64,000 nucleotides of DNA from Humisphaera borealis (GCF_015169395.1 NZ_CP063458.1:6901954-6965953), one strand, 5' to 3'. Shown: positions 17,594 to 31,196, counted from the stretch's first letter. Program-made: numbers and translations. The notes: a model not told the origin generated them from the sequence alone.

Positions 17594-19309
17594 TCACACC
17601 GTCGCCGGCACGCGCGTCGCGAGCGCCTTGCGCAGCTCGCCGAGCAACTGATCCACCTTGAAAGGCTTGAAGAGGACCGCCTGCAGCCCTTCCTGGCTGG
17701 CGCGGACGATCGAGTGGGCGGGGTCGTAGCCGAAGCCGGTCATCAGGATCACCGGCACCGTCAGGCTCTTGGACCGGGCACAGGCGAACACTTCGTACCC
17801 GTTCTTGTCGGGCATGCGGATGTCCGACAGGACAACGTCGAACTCTTTTTCTTCCAGGATCTGGCACGCCTCGCCGCCGTTGCTGGCGAGCGTCACCTCG
17901 GCCCGGTACTTGTGCAGGATGTTCTGGATCGTGGTGCGGATGTTGGGCTCGTCGTCAGCGACGAGGATTCGCGCACCCGTGAACAACGGGTCTTCCGTGC
18001 CCACCACATCCGCAGCACCCAGAACCGATGTATTCGGGCCCTGTGCTGCCTGATTCAGGCTCGAGCGGATCGTCTCGACGTTTTCCATGATCGCCTTGAG
18101 GCGGGTGCGGAGCTCGTCGTTGCCGATGTACACATCCAGCAGAGCCGCGGTGTCGGAAGCAATATCGTTCAGCGGGCCGGCGACTTCCGAGCAGACCACG
18201 TCGGCGACCTTATGGCTGGTGCTGACGCGCTCGACGATCAGCAGGTCGAGGATGTTCAGCGCGATCGCCACATAGCGGGCAAAGATCTCGGAGAACTGGC
18301 GGTCGTCTTCGTTGAATGCCGCACGCTGGCGACTTTCGATGTTGAACACGCCGATGATCTTGTCGTGCAGCGTGAGCGGGACTGTCAGGCTGCTTTTGGC
18401 CAGGTCCAGGCCGTTGATGTAACGCGGGTCTCGCTCTGTATCGGGACAGATGTAGCTGCGGCCGGTGCTGGCGACGTAGCCGCTGATGCCGTTGCCTTCC
18501 ATCTCGGCGTAGAGCTCGACGTTCAGCGCGTCGGTCGGGATGCCGACGCTGATGACCGGCTCAAGTCGATTGCTGCGGCGGTCGAGCAGGCGCACCACGA
18601 AATGATCGAAGTGCATCAGCTCTTTGGTGTAGCTGATGATCTTCTCTTCCAGCAGCTTGAGCCGCTGGCCGACATTCAGCTTGCTCATCAGGTCGGATTC
18701 GATACGGACCAGCTCGCGGCCGGCCTTGTCGATCGCATCGACCTTCTGCTGCAACCTGCGGGTGCCAGTTGCATCCCAAACCACCGCGACCACCTGCACC
18801 ACCTGCCCGGCCGGATTAATGACCGGCGAGCAGACCATCTCCATGAACTGCTGATCTTCGATATTCAGGGCGTAGCGCTTGGACCGATTGAAGGCGGGCG
18901 GGGTCTCCGGGTTGGCGGGAGAAACCTGTTTACTGAACAGCTCGAAGCTTCCCTGACAGCTTCGGCGAATCTTCTCGTGAACCCGGGCAGGCCAGGCCTG
19001 CATCTTTTTGTTCATCCAGTTGCAGCGGCCCTCGGCGTCGACGATGCACACCCCTTCGCCGATCGTGTTCAATACCAAGTTCGCCTGCTGCGATACCAAC
19101 GCTCGTTCGAGGGGAAGGAAGTCGGCCGAGTCGGAGAAGATCGCGGAGAACTGGTCGGAACGCAGGGCGTCAATCGCGAGATCGATCGACGCTGCCTCCA
19201 CCACCTCGCAAGTCGCCTTGAGAGCATCGACAGCCGGACCGTAGCGGCCCTGACCGGAGAGGACGAGAACTTTACAGCGCGTGTCGTTCAAAGAACCACC
19301 GCGAAACAA
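17594..19309 (-). CDS. signal-transduction protein: N-terminal pseudo-receiver + PAS + GAF + C-terminal REC domain, no output domain
   Basis: C-terminal REC (ILVADDEPN...VLSDIRMPDKNGYEV...KPF). GAF-like core (HFDHFVVRLLD...GISGYVASTG). Track start is TTG; the true start is uncertain. Confidence 0.7.
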   Translation of the reverse strand: MFRGGSLNDTRCKVLVLSGQGRYGPAVDALKATCEVVEAASIDLAIDALRSDQFSAIFSDSADFLPLERALVSQQANLVLNTIGEGVCIVDAEGRCNWMNKKMQAWPARVHEKIRRSCQGSFELFSKQVSPANPETPPAFNRSKRYALNIEDQQFMEMVCSPVINPAGQVVQVVAVVWDATGTRRLQQKVDAIDKAGRELVRIESDLMSKLNVGQRLKLLEEKIISYTKELMHFDHFVVRLLDRRSNRLEPVISVGIPTDALNVELYAEMEGNGISGYVASTGRSYICPDTERDPRYINGLDLAKSSLTVPLTLHDKIIGVFNIESRQRAAFNEDDRQFSEIFARYVAIALNILDLLIVERVSTSHKVADVVCSEVAGPLNDIASDTAALLDVYIGNDELRTRLKAIMENVETIRSSLNQAAQGPNTSVLGAADVVGTEDPLFTGARILVADDEPNIRTTIQNILHKYRAEVTLASNGGEACQILEEKEFDVVLSDIRMPDKNGYEVFACARSKSLTVPVILMTGFGYDPAHSIVRASQEGLQAVLFKPFKVDQLLGELRKALATRVPATV

Positions 19310-19396
19310 CTCTCCCCCGACTGGTTAGACGTCCATCTTACGAAGACACAGCAAGCGAGGTCAACCAAATCTCGTCAGCGCAGGCTCAATAACGAC

Positions 19397-20362
19397 TTAC
19401 GCAAGTAATCGCTGTCTGGCACCCTGCTTCTGGAGATCGTTCATCACTGCTACGACCGCCGACGAGGCTTCGTTCACGGGTGCCTCAGACAAAGCAAAAG
19501 CGACCGGCGGAATACCGTCCCGACCGCCCACCGCAGATCGCAACAACACGCGATCGCCGTTGATCGTCGCCAGGGCGGCGATCGGCGAATGGCAGTCGCC
19601 TTCCAATTGTCGGACGATTTCGCGTTCCAACTCCACACACGCCGCCGTCGCTACATCGTGCATGCTGCCCAGGATACGCCGGGTCACCTCGGCATCTTGC
19701 CGGCATTGCAGCGCCAGCGCGCCCTGCCCTGGCGCTGGCAGCATGTCGGCGGTATCGATGGGCGTCATCCAGGTTTCGTCCATAACGCCGCCACGCTTCA
19801 ATCCGGCCGTCGCGAGCACGACCGCGTCGTACTGACCTTCGCGCAGCTTCCGCAGCCGGGTGTCGATATTGCCGCGAATGGGTTCGACCAGAAGGTCGGG
19901 CCGGTGGTGCAAGATCTGGCTCCGGCGACGCAAACTTCCCGTGCCGACCTTTGCGCCCGCCGGAAGATCGCGGAAAGACTTGCTCTTGAGGCTTGCCCAG
20001 GCGTCGGTAGGGTCTTCCCTCGGCGGTACGGCAGCGATGACCAGTTCAGCAATATCGACCAGCGGCATCGTTACCGGCACGTCCTTGAACGAATGAACGG
20101 CAAAGTCGACCGAACCGGCGAGCAACGCCTGCTCCAGCTCTTTCGTAAACAGCCCTTTGCCGCCAAACGCGTGCAGCGGCTTGTCGGTAATCTGGTCGCC
20201 GCTCGTGCTGATGATGACCAGTTCGACGCGCACGCCGGGGTTTCTGGCCTCAATCTGCCGGGCCACCCAGCCGCTCTGGGCGCGGGCGAGCATGGACCCG
20301 CGGGTGCCCAGGCGAAGGGTTAAGTCGGGCTGGGGATTATGGTTCGGCGCGCCTATCGTCAT
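19397..20362 (-). CDS. hemC: hydroxymethylbilane synthase (porphobilinogen deaminase)
   Basis: LRLGTRGSMLARAQSGWV...TSGDQITDKPL..GGKGLFTKELE. Start set at MTIGAP because the track start (20425) would abut the divergent epimerase start codon. Confidence 0.85.
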   Translation of the reverse strand: MTIGAPNHNPQPDLTLRLGTRGSMLARAQSGWVARQIEARNPGVRVELVIISTSGDQITDKPLHAFGGKGLFTKELEQALLAGSVDFAVHSFKDVPVTMPLVDIAELVIAAVPPREDPTDAWASLKSKSFRDLPAGAKVGTGSLRRRSQILHHRPDLLVEPIRGNIDTRLRKLREGQYDAVVLATAGLKRGGVMDETWMTPIDTADMLPAPGQGALALQCRQDAEVTRRILGSMHDVATAACVELEREIVRQLEGDCHSPIAALATINGDRVLLRSAVGGRDGIPPVAFALSEAPVNEASSAVVAVMNDLQKQGARQRLLA

Positions 20363-20425
20363 CGCAGCAGGTATTGTGCAGATCGCACGCGCCGGGAAAA
20401 GAGCGGAGTCGCACGAGGAGTTCAC

Positions 20426-21358
20426 ATGGCACGTAACATCTTTGTCACCGGAGGCAGCGGGTTCGTGGGAACCGCCGTCGTCGATGAGCTCGTCTCGCGC
20501 GACTATTCCGTGCAGGCGCTGGTTCGCAAAGGGTCCCTCGATAGCCGAGGCGGCAAGGTGACGTCATTTGTTGGCGACCTGTTCGACCCCAAGTCACTCG
20601 CGGCCGGCATGGCCGGGTGTGATGCGGTCATTCACTTGGTCGGCATCATCATGGAGCAGCCTTCTAAGGGGGTGACGTTCGAGCGGATGCACTTCGAGGG
20701 GACCAGGTCGGTCGTCGATGCGACGAAGGCCGCCGGCATCCGGCGATACGTGCACATGTCGGCGCTGGGCGTTCGGCCGAATGCTGTGAGCGCCTACCAC
20801 AAGACCAAGTGGAAAGCCGAGGAGTACGTCCGCGGCAGCGGGCTCGACGCGACGATTCTCCGCCCCAGCATGATTCACGGTCCCAAGGGCGAGTTCATGA
20901 AGATGGAAGCCGCCTGGGCGAGGAAACAGGCGATGCCGTTCCTGTTCATGCCCTATTTCGGCAACGGCGTCCTCGGCCTTGGCGGGAGCGGCCAGTTGCA
21001 GCCGGTCTACGTTGCCGACGTCGCCCGCGCCTTCGTCGATGCACTCGATAAGCCCAACACCATCGGCCAAACCTACGAACTAGGCGGCCCCGACCGCATG
21101 GACTGGCCGACTATGCACAAGACCGTCGCCGAGATCCTGACGGGTAAGAATCGCCTGACGATGCCAATCCCGTCGTGGTACGCCAAGGTGCTCGCGACGG
21201 TGGTGCCCGGATCGCTGTTACCGTTCAACAAGGCGCAGGTGCAGATGGCCGAGGAAGACAACGTCTGCGACACAAAGCCGGCCGAAGAAGCATTCGGCTG
21301 GAAGACGCGCGGGCTGCGGGAGACGCTTTCGCAGTACAAGGGCCAGATGACGGAATGA
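20426..21358 (+). CDS. NAD(P)-binding SDR-family epimerase/dehydratase-like protein (NmrA/NDUFA9-like)
   Basis: ARNIFVTGGSGFVGTAVVDEL Rossmann motif. GAGGAG RBS 6 nt upstream of the ATG. Confidence 0.8.
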   Translation: MARNIFVTGGSGFVGTAVVDELVSRDYSVQALVRKGSLDSRGGKVTSFVGDLFDPKSLAAGMAGCDAVIHLVGIIMEQPSKGVTFERMHFEGTRSVVDATKAAGIRRYVHMSALGVRPNAVSAYHKTKWKAEEYVRGSGLDATILRPSMIHGPKGEFMKMEAAWARKQAMPFLFMPYFGNGVLGLGGSGQLQPVYVADVARAFVDALDKPNTIGQTYELGGPDRMDWPTMHKTVAEILTGKNRLTMPIPSWYAKVLATVVPGSLLPFNKAQVQMAEEDNVCDTKPAEEAFGWKTRGLRETLSQYKGQMTE

Positions 21359-21367
21359 CGAATCACT

Positions 21368-21493
21368 GAATTCGAATGGCGAATGAATGACCAATCTCGA
21401 AGCATGAAATGTCCGCCAACGTCCGCTGCAATTGGACATTGGGTCTTGGAACTTCATTCGCCATTCGATTTTCGTCATTCGTCATTCGTCATT
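21368..21493. repeat. family D palindromic element, copy 2, immediately after the epimerase gene
   Basis: GAATTCGAATGGCGAATGAATGACC ... GGAACTTCATTCGCCATTCGATTTTCGTCATTCGTCATTCGTCATT, including a 3x GTCATTC heptamer. Confidence 0.75.
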
Positions 21494-21553
21494 ATGCACC
21501 ACTTGCCCTCGGCCGCTCCATCGGAAACCATGCTGACGAAAGGGAGGATTCGC

Positions 21554-22186
21554 ATGGCAACGACCGATCCCACCAAGCCCGCCGATCCCGGCATCGTCAT
21601 CGCCGCGTCGGCCCGACCGGGACAAGGCACGATCACCGCCCGCAAGGCGGGCGGACTGCGCGACATGGCGTTGCCCGTCTCGCCAAGGGAAGTGTCGCTG
21701 GCCAAGGCGCTGCAAAACCTCGCCAAGGCGATCAACATCGCGTTCTCGTCCGACTTCCTCGAGAACGAACTCGAACAGGTCTACAAGGCCGCACGTGTGC
21801 GCAAGGGCACTGTTGAGATCCTGCACGGCGACTTCATCGGCCTCGGCGACGGCGTGCTGGCGACGATCGGCAAGGTCGGCAAGTCCGTCCAACTCACCCT
21901 GAGCGGCCCTGACCCCAGTTCGCCCGAGGGCAAGGCAATCCTCGCGAAAAACGGCGGCGGCAGCTTCCGGGGCGTTGCCAACTTCCTCGGCCGCAAGCTC
22001 AACCTGTTACAGGAATACGAAGACAAAGTCCCGATGTACGTCGAGCAGACGCTCGACCGCCTCGAGGCCGCCCAGATGATTACCGGCTGGCACCGGGACC
22101 AGTGGCAGATCTCGACGAAGGTCGTGGGGCTGGATGTCGTGATCAAGCCGGTGGCGGAAGAGACGGCGAGCAAGACGGCGACGTGA
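21554..22186 (+). CDS. hypothetical protein (210 aa)
   Basis: AGGGAGGA RBS then ATG (MATTDPTKPADPG...). Stop overlaps the start of the next gene (ATGA), which suggests an operon with the M28 peptidase. Confidence 0.5.
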   Translation: MATTDPTKPADPGIVIAASARPGQGTITARKAGGLRDMALPVSPREVSLAKALQNLAKAINIAFSSDFLENELEQVYKAARVRKGTVEILHGDFIGLGDGVLATIGKVGKSVQLTLSGPDPSSPEGKAILAKNGGGSFRGVANFLGRKLNLLQEYEDKVPMYVEQTLDRLEAAQMITGWHRDQWQISTKVVGLDVVIKPVAEETASKTAT

Positions 22187-23262
22187 TGCGTCTTGGCGAG
22201 TCGGCAGATGCCCCGAGGTACAGAACGGTGGCCGTTATGCTTCGCCTCTTCGCAATAACACTCGCCGTGTCGTGCATTGCCTTCGCCTGCGTGGGGTATC
22301 TCATGAAAGACGATGCCGGCATTCCGATCGGTCCGCCGCCGCCGATGCCGGGCGAGACGTTCGCCGGTCCGATGCCAGCGATCAGCGACGACGAGAGACG
22401 TGCCGCCGAGCGCATGCAGTCACATGTTCAGAAGCTCGCAGGCGACATCGGCGAGCGGAACATCTGGCGGTATGCAGAACTCAACTCATCCGCCGACTAC
22501 ATCGAGAGAATCCTGACCGACGCCGGCTACAAAGTCGGCCGACAGACCTACGAGTGCGAGGGCAAAACGGTCGCGAATCTCGACGCGACACTTGCTGGCG
22601 GCGATCCGAAGCTGGCCGACGAGATCGTCCTGGTCGGTGCACATTACGACTCGGTCAAAGGCTGCCCCGGTGCGAACGATAACGCGACCGGCGTAGCGGG
22701 GGGACTGGAACTGGCCCGATCGTTGGCCAAAGCCAAGCTTGCGCGGTCGGTGCGGTTCGCCTTCTTCGTCAATGAGGAGCCGCCGTTCTTCCATTCGCCG
22801 ATGATGGGCAGCGTCGTCTACGCCAAGCGGTGCAAGGAGCGCGGCGAGATGATCGTCGCGATGTTGAGCCTGGAGACGATGGGCTTCTACAGCGACGACA
22901 AGGACAGCCAGAAGTACCCGCCGCCGTTCGACAAATTCTTCCCCGACACCGGCAACTTCATCGGTTTCGTCGGCGACACTTCGGCGACAGATCTGGTCTC
23001 ACGCTGCGTGGAGTCGTTCCGATCGCACACCAAGTTTCCTTCGCAAGGTTGCGCCGTCAGCGACCGCATCCAGGGCATCGGCTGGTCGGATCACTGGTCG
23101 TTCACAAAGCAGGGCTACCCGGCGCTGATGGTCACCGATACCGCGCCGTTTCGATATCGCCACTATCACACAGCGGAAGACACGCCGGAGAAGGTGGACT
23201 ACGAGAAGCTGGCGAGAGTAACCGCTGGCATCGGGCGGGTAGTCCAGGCGTTGGCGAAGTAG
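22186..23262 (+). CDS. M28-family zinc aminopeptidase (membrane-anchored/secreted)
   Basis: N-terminal hydrophobic anchor LRLFAITLAVSCIAFACVG. M28 metal-ligand motifs (VGAHYDS, GANDNATGVAGGLELAR, FFVNEEPPF). Confidence 0.8.
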   Translation: MRLGESADAPRYRTVAVMLRLFAITLAVSCIAFACVGYLMKDDAGIPIGPPPPMPGETFAGPMPAISDDERRAAERMQSHVQKLAGDIGERNIWRYAELNSSADYIERILTDAGYKVGRQTYECEGKTVANLDATLAGGDPKLADEIVLVGAHYDSVKGCPGANDNATGVAGGLELARSLAKAKLARSVRFAFFVNEEPPFFHSPMMGSVVYAKRCKERGEMIVAMLSLETMGFYSDDKDSQKYPPPFDKFFPDTGNFIGFVGDTSATDLVSRCVESFRSHTKFPSQGCAVSDRIQGIGWSDHWSFTKQGYPALMVTDTAPFRYRHYHTAEDTPEKVDYEKLARVTAGIGRVVQALAK

Positions 23263-23356
23263 GGTCGGCGCTCTCGTGCACGACCTTCCGGCAGAGTATC
23301 CCCGCTTCCTGTTTCGACGCGGCAAAAGACATGGCCTAGGCCATGCCGCCGTCCGG

Positions 23357-24820
<1,464 letters not shown>

Positions 24821-24907
24821 CTCGAACCTGACGTCGGCGTTCCCGGAGGCGAATAGATCACTGCCTTGCGGCTTCGACTCGGTGCTTCCCTTGATACAAT
24901 ACCCCAC

Positions 24908-25456
24908 ATGAACTGCCCCGTCTGCAAAACATCGAGCCTGGAAGCCACGGAACTCGCCGCCGGACAGGCCCAGGGCCTGTCGGCCCGTCGGTGCACTGGT
25001 TGCGGCGGCCAGTGGGTGAACGGCGAAACCTACCTGCTCTGGGTCCAACGCCAGGGAACGAATCTCCCCGAGAATGAGCCGGACAGCGTTACCGAGCTTC
25101 AGGTGAACCAGACGAACAAGGCCAAACTCTGCCCGGACTGCGGGCGGTTCCTCGTCCGCGCCAAGGTCGGGCACGGCGTTGGCTTTCAGCTCGAACGCTG
25201 CGGCGGATGCGGCGGCATCTGGTTCGACGCCAACGAATGGGAATCGCTCGTCGCCCGCAACCTGCACGACGACGTCCACTTCGTCTTCAGCAGCACCTGG
25301 CAAGCAGACGTACTGCGCCAAGAACGCGAACAACAGCGTGAGAAACTGATGATCGCCAAGCTCGGCGAAGCCGACTGGAATGAGATCCAGCGAATCAAGC
25401 GCTGGCTGGACGGGCATTCCAAACGGTCGGAGTTGTACGCCGTGCTGGCGGAATAG
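24908..25456 (+). CDS. tandem zinc-ribbon protein (2x zf-TFIIB-like CPxC...CxxCxGxW)
   Basis: CPVCK...CTGCGGQWVNGE and CPDCGRF...CGGCGGIWFDANEWE match the bacterial transcription-factor zinc-finger pattern. Divergent from DUF1501 gene. Confidence 0.7.
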   Translation: MNCPVCKTSSLEATELAAGQAQGLSARRCTGCGGQWVNGETYLLWVQRQGTNLPENEPDSVTELQVNQTNKAKLCPDCGRFLVRAKVGHGVGFQLERCGGCGGIWFDANEWESLVARNLHDDVHFVFSSTWQADVLRQEREQQREKLMIAKLGEADWNEIQRIKRWLDGHSKRSELYAVLAE

Positions 25457-25546
25457 CTTCGGTTCGTGCGTGGAAATGAAAACGACGCGGGAGCGGCCAG
25501 CTTCGGCCTCTCCCGCGTCGCATTGGTTGATATCGGCTTGTAAACG

Positions 25547-26683
<1,137 letters not shown>

Positions 26684-26794
26684 TGTTCGATCCTCCGTAA
26701 TTGTGGTGGATCGGCATTTTAGCGAGAGCGGACGCGACAACAACCGTCTGTAAAAAGAGGGCTTTCCGGGATCGATTTTGGGGGGATCACGCCG

Positions 26795-27172
26795 TTAGCG
26801 ACCCGCTGCCACGCCGATCCCACAGGCGAGAATGCCGAGAACGACGCTCCCGCCGACGTACAACGCCAACGTGAGGTATTGCCCGCCCCGCAGCATGGTG
26901 TCGGCCTCGTAAGTGAACGTGGAGAACGTGGTGTACGCCCCCAGGAAGCCCGTCGCGACCGCCAGACGCATGGGGTGGCCCATGGGGAATCGGTCGCCGA
27001 AGGCGGCCATGAAGTACCCCAGCACGAAGCTGCCGGTCAGGTTGATAACCGCCGTCCCGAGCCACGGGCGGTCCGGAACAAGGTGGGCGGCGAACGTGCC
27101 GAGACCGAAACGGACGATCGCACCGACAAAGCCGGCCGCGCCGACCGTCAGGCACTGGAGTAGAGCGTGCAT
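26795..27172 (-). CDS. crcB: fluoride ion channel CrcB/FluC
   Basis: 126-aa, 4-TM protein aligning with CrcB (GAAGFVGAIVRFGL..., GTAVINLTGSFVLGYF, GFLGAYTTFSTF). Confidence 0.85.
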   Translation of the reverse strand: MHALLQCLTVGAAGFVGAIVRFGLGTFAAHLVPDRPWLGTAVINLTGSFVLGYFMAAFGDRFPMGHPMRLAVATGFLGAYTTFSTFTYEADTMLRGGQYLTLALYVGGSVVLGILACGIGVAAGR

Positions 27173-27566
27173 GGCATGATGGTGTGCCAAAGCGATGCCA
27201 GCGTCAAAATGGGGGCATTGCAGCGCCTGGCGCACAGGAGGTGCCGTAGCGCTTCTGATCGACGGCGGGTATCCCGGGATCGAGGACATTGATCGCCCCG
27301 GGACCGGGTTGCAATCAGACTACCGCAGCATCCTTGTTCCGCTCGGCAACCCTGCGTACGCTACGAGACCTGACGCGAAATAGATCGCGCAAGTAAGCGT
27401 TCGCCGCTTCCGTACTGAAAATGCTTCGTGAACCGGCGACGCGCGTTGACGGGGCACTGCTGACCCGCGGCACCGGAGTTGCTTCCATCGCACGAGCGTG
27501 CGGCGACGCCGCGTACGGAGGCATGACTGTGCATCGTCGCCGCAATCCCCAATCCGCAACACCACC

Positions 27567-28013
27567 ATGCTTCGCTCCAAACTCATCCATCCCAAGATTC
27601 TCGAAGTCCTCGGCCGATGCGGACATCACGCTAAGATCCTGATCGCCGACGGCAACTACCCCGCCAGCAGCACGCTCGGGCCGAACGCCGAGCTGGTGTC
27701 GCTGAACCTGATGCCGGGTCTGCCAACGGTGAACCAAGTGCTGGAGGCGGTCGCGAGCGCCATCACGATCGACATCGCGAACACGATGGACTACGAGCGG
27801 ACGGGTCAGTATGCCCTGACGGAAGACCCGCCGGTCTGGAAGGATTTTCAGAAGACGCTGGACAGCGAGGGGCTGAAGATCAAGCTGCAGCCGATCGAGA
27901 AGTGGGCGTTCTATGAAGCCGTCCGAACGCCGGACCACGTGTTGACGATCCAGACGGCGGATCAGCAGCGGTTTGCGAATTTGCTGTTGTCGGTGGGCGT
28001 CCGCATGGATTGA
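27567..28013 (+). CDS. RbsD/FucU family sugar mutarotase (L-fucose mutarotase / D-ribose pyranase-like)
   Basis: MLRSKLIHPKILEVLGRCGHHAKILIADGNYP matches the RbsD/FucU N-terminal His-containing active site. Confidence 0.75.
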   Translation: MLRSKLIHPKILEVLGRCGHHAKILIADGNYPASSTLGPNAELVSLNLMPGLPTVNQVLEAVASAITIDIANTMDYERTGQYALTEDPPVWKDFQKTLDSEGLKIKLQPIEKWAFYEAVRTPDHVLTIQTADQQRFANLLLSVGVRMD

Positions 28014-28014
28014 A

Positions 28015-28099
28015 GTAGGGTCCGCCTTGGCGGACGCGAAACGCTCATTCCTGCAAACCGCATTAGAAGTCCGATCACGTCCGCCAAGGCGGACCCTAC
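28015..28099. repeat. intercistronic hairpin (22-bp stem GTAGGGTCCGCCTTGGCGGACG / CGTCCGCCAAGGCGGACCCTAC, 39-nt loop)
   Basis: Perfect 22-bp inverted repeat between the FucU-like and AKR genes. Confidence 0.7.
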
Positions 28100-28108
28100 G
28101 AGAGAACT

Positions 28109-29050
<942 letters not shown>

Positions 29051-29123
29051 GGGACGCGAAGGAAGAAGTTGGGCCACGAATCTCACGAAGCAAAACACGA
29101 ATGAAGAGCATGGCGGTCGGCGC

Positions 29124-29300
29124 CGTCAGTGACACGGGCATCCTGCCCGTGCTGAGTGCGTGACGGTCGAGTTGTATCAATACCAATCTCTTTGCTTTGT
29201 CAGTGCATGGACTCGCAAACGGCCAAGAATCTGTTGCGCTATCCCCAACTTTTCACTCGGACGTCGCACGCACGGGCAGGATGCCCGTGTCACTAACAGA
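29124..29300. repeat. family E palindromic element, second copy
   Basis: Arms CGTCAGTGACACGGGCATCCTGCCCGTGC (~29124-29152) and GCACGGGCAGGATGCCCGTGTCACTAAC (~29270-29297) share the GTGACACGGG-N-TCC-N-CCCGTGC signature with the 14.1-kb element. Sits between convergent genes. Confidence 0.7.
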
Positions 29301-29347
29301 GTCGATCGCAATCTCTCATTCGTGCTTCGTTTCGTGAGATTCGTGGC

Positions 29348-31186
29348 TCACTCTCCGATTTGCTTCCGTAACTGCGCGATCTGCTCGTCGATCATCTTCA
29401 CCGACTCCGGCGAAAACGTTTTGACCTGCTCGCGCATCGCCTCCATCCGCTCGATCGCCTGTTCCATCTGATCGCGCATCAGCTTCCTTGACTCGGCGTG
29501 TAGCTGCTCGGCCTCCCGTGTCGCCTCGACTTCTTCCGGGGTTGGCGGGGCGGGTGGGGGTTCGGGGGCGTCGGTCTTGCCGTCGTACAGTTCGACCGAG
29601 TGCGGATCGACCGCGCGGAATCGCTCCGTCGCGGCGTCGCGGGCTTCACGGTCGGTGTCGATCGCGGCGTGCAGGCCGGCTTTCCATTCATCGAGCGACT
29701 TCTGCATCTCCGGCGACAAGCCGGGTTCCTTCGGCGATTGCCAGTAAGGCAGGCCGTCGTACGACAAATACGGCGTCTTGGGGTTCGTGCCCAGGTAGCT
29801 CCGCTGCACTTCCACCGGCAGCGATCGGCCACGCTGCTTCACCAGTTCGTGCACCGGATCGGGCGTGGGGTAGCTGCCGTCAACAACAGCGTACAGCGCA
29901 GCCTCGGCGGCGGGTTTCAGGGGGCCTTCCGTGTCCCAGATCGGCAGCACGAACTCGAAGAACCGCTGCCATTGCGCCGGCGTCGCGTTCTCAGGCACGC
30001 GCAGGTAGTGCCGCAGCGCCGCGGCCCGCGAGGCATCCGTTTTCAGGCTTCGGTAGACGTCGAAGCGATGGCGGAACTCCGTTTCGTCCTTCGGCCAGCC
30101 GACGTAGAACGACTTGTCCAGTTCCGGCAGCAGCGACGGACGCTCGACGGCGGCGTCGTCGATGAAATGCAGCAGCGTCGGCGCATCGTAGTGAAAGCCG
30201 ATGCCGAACTGCCGCTGCGCCAGCAGCATCGCGAACGCCAGCACCGGGCCGGTGAGGTAGAGCATCCGGTAAAGGATGATCTGCCCCATGATCGGGTGCT
30301 GCGGGTAGTTCCGCTGGAAGATCAGGTTCACGCCGTGCAGGCACCAGCAGGCGTACTCGAACTCGCCGCGACGGCAGGCGAACTCGGCGGCGTCGAGCAG
30401 CGGTTTCAGGCAGACGCCGTCGCCGAGGCCGACCTCGAAGACGATCGGCCTGGGGCAGCCGACGTCGAAGATGAATCGCTCGGCGGCGCGGATGGCGGTG
30501 TTGCGAAGGCCGGGGTCGCCTTCGCACAGCAGCTTGCCGATCAGGTCGGCAACGGCCCGCTGATACGCGGGCTCGGCGTTCTTCGTGCTCTCCAGCAGTG
30601 GCGGCAGCAGGCGGGCGGAGGTGGCGTTGATGTTCGTCCACTGCTCGAAGTGCCGTGCGAACGCGAGCCGTCGGTCGGCGTCGGTCTCGTGCAGAATGCG
30701 GTAGATCAGGTGCTCGGTGTCGGGGTGGTCACCCTCCGTGGCCCGGCGGCGGTCGTTGGGGTGTCGCGGGCGGGGGACTTCCGTTTCGGGGTCCGGCGGT
30801 GGCGACCAGAGCCGGCGTTCCAGGCGCGAGTTCGTGCCGCAGGTGCGGCAGTGGATGGCAGTGGCGTCGTCTTCATAGTCCAGGCCGTCGCCGCAGCCCG
30901 GACATGACGCCCGGCCGACGATGCCTTCGCGGTATTGCTTCGATCGCACCCAGGCGGCGCGGGTCAGGTTCTGTGCCTCCGCAGACTCGGCATCCACGTA
31001 CAGCCGCAGGGGGGCGTCAGCGACTTCGGGCTCTACCTTCCGCAGCCGGCGTTCGAGGACGGCTTTCTGCCCGCAGAATCCGCAGGCCAGTTGGGCGACA
31101 TCGCCGTCGAGCGGCAGCGGTGCGCCGCAGCCGGGGCAAAGGCCGCGTTTTTGCTTGAACAGGATGCTGGGGAGGATCGCGGTCAT
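29348..31186 (-). CDS. hypothetical protein with two N-terminal zinc ribbons and a large alpha-helical body (612 aa)
   Basis: CPGCGAPL...CGFCG and CPGCGDGL...CRTCG ribbons. C-terminal coiled coil. No other recognisable domain. Confidence 0.6.
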   Translation of the reverse strand: MTAILPSILFKQKRGLCPGCGAPLPLDGDVAQLACGFCGQKAVLERRLRKVEPEVADAPLRLYVDAESAEAQNLTRAAWVRSKQYREGIVGRASCPGCGDGLDYEDDATAIHCRTCGTNSRLERRLWSPPPDPETEVPRPRHPNDRRRATEGDHPDTEHLIYRILHETDADRRLAFARHFEQWTNINATSARLLPPLLESTKNAEPAYQRAVADLIGKLLCEGDPGLRNTAIRAAERFIFDVGCPRPIVFEVGLGDGVCLKPLLDAAEFACRRGEFEYACWCLHGVNLIFQRNYPQHPIMGQIILYRMLYLTGPVLAFAMLLAQRQFGIGFHYDAPTLLHFIDDAAVERPSLLPELDKSFYVGWPKDETEFRHRFDVYRSLKTDASRAAALRHYLRVPENATPAQWQRFFEFVLPIWDTEGPLKPAAEAALYAVVDGSYPTPDPVHELVKQRGRSLPVEVQRSYLGTNPKTPYLSYDGLPYWQSPKEPGLSPEMQKSLDEWKAGLHAAIDTDREARDAATERFRAVDPHSVELYDGKTDAPEPPPAPPTPEEVEATREAEQLHAESRKLMRDQMEQAIERMEAMREQVKTFSPESVKMIDEQIAQLRKQIGE

Positions 31187-31196
31187 GGCTCTGCTC

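Noticed and set aside
17714-19408. 564-aa plus-strand ORF
   Set aside because: Antisense to the REC-PAS-GAF-REC gene.
27173-27320. Possible fluoride (crcB-motif) riboswitch upstream of crcB
   Set aside because: I read the minus-strand leader and found no GGCGAUGG...CCGCC...CUGAUGAUGCCUAC pattern. Only weak partial matches (GGCGAUCAAUG..., CCCGCC). Not called. A covariance-model scan would be decisive.
29600-30907. 435-aa plus-strand ORF and overlapping 216-aa minus ORF (29991-30641)
   Set aside because: Inside or antisense to the 612-aa zinc-ribbon gene. Arg-rich, typical GC shadow frames.
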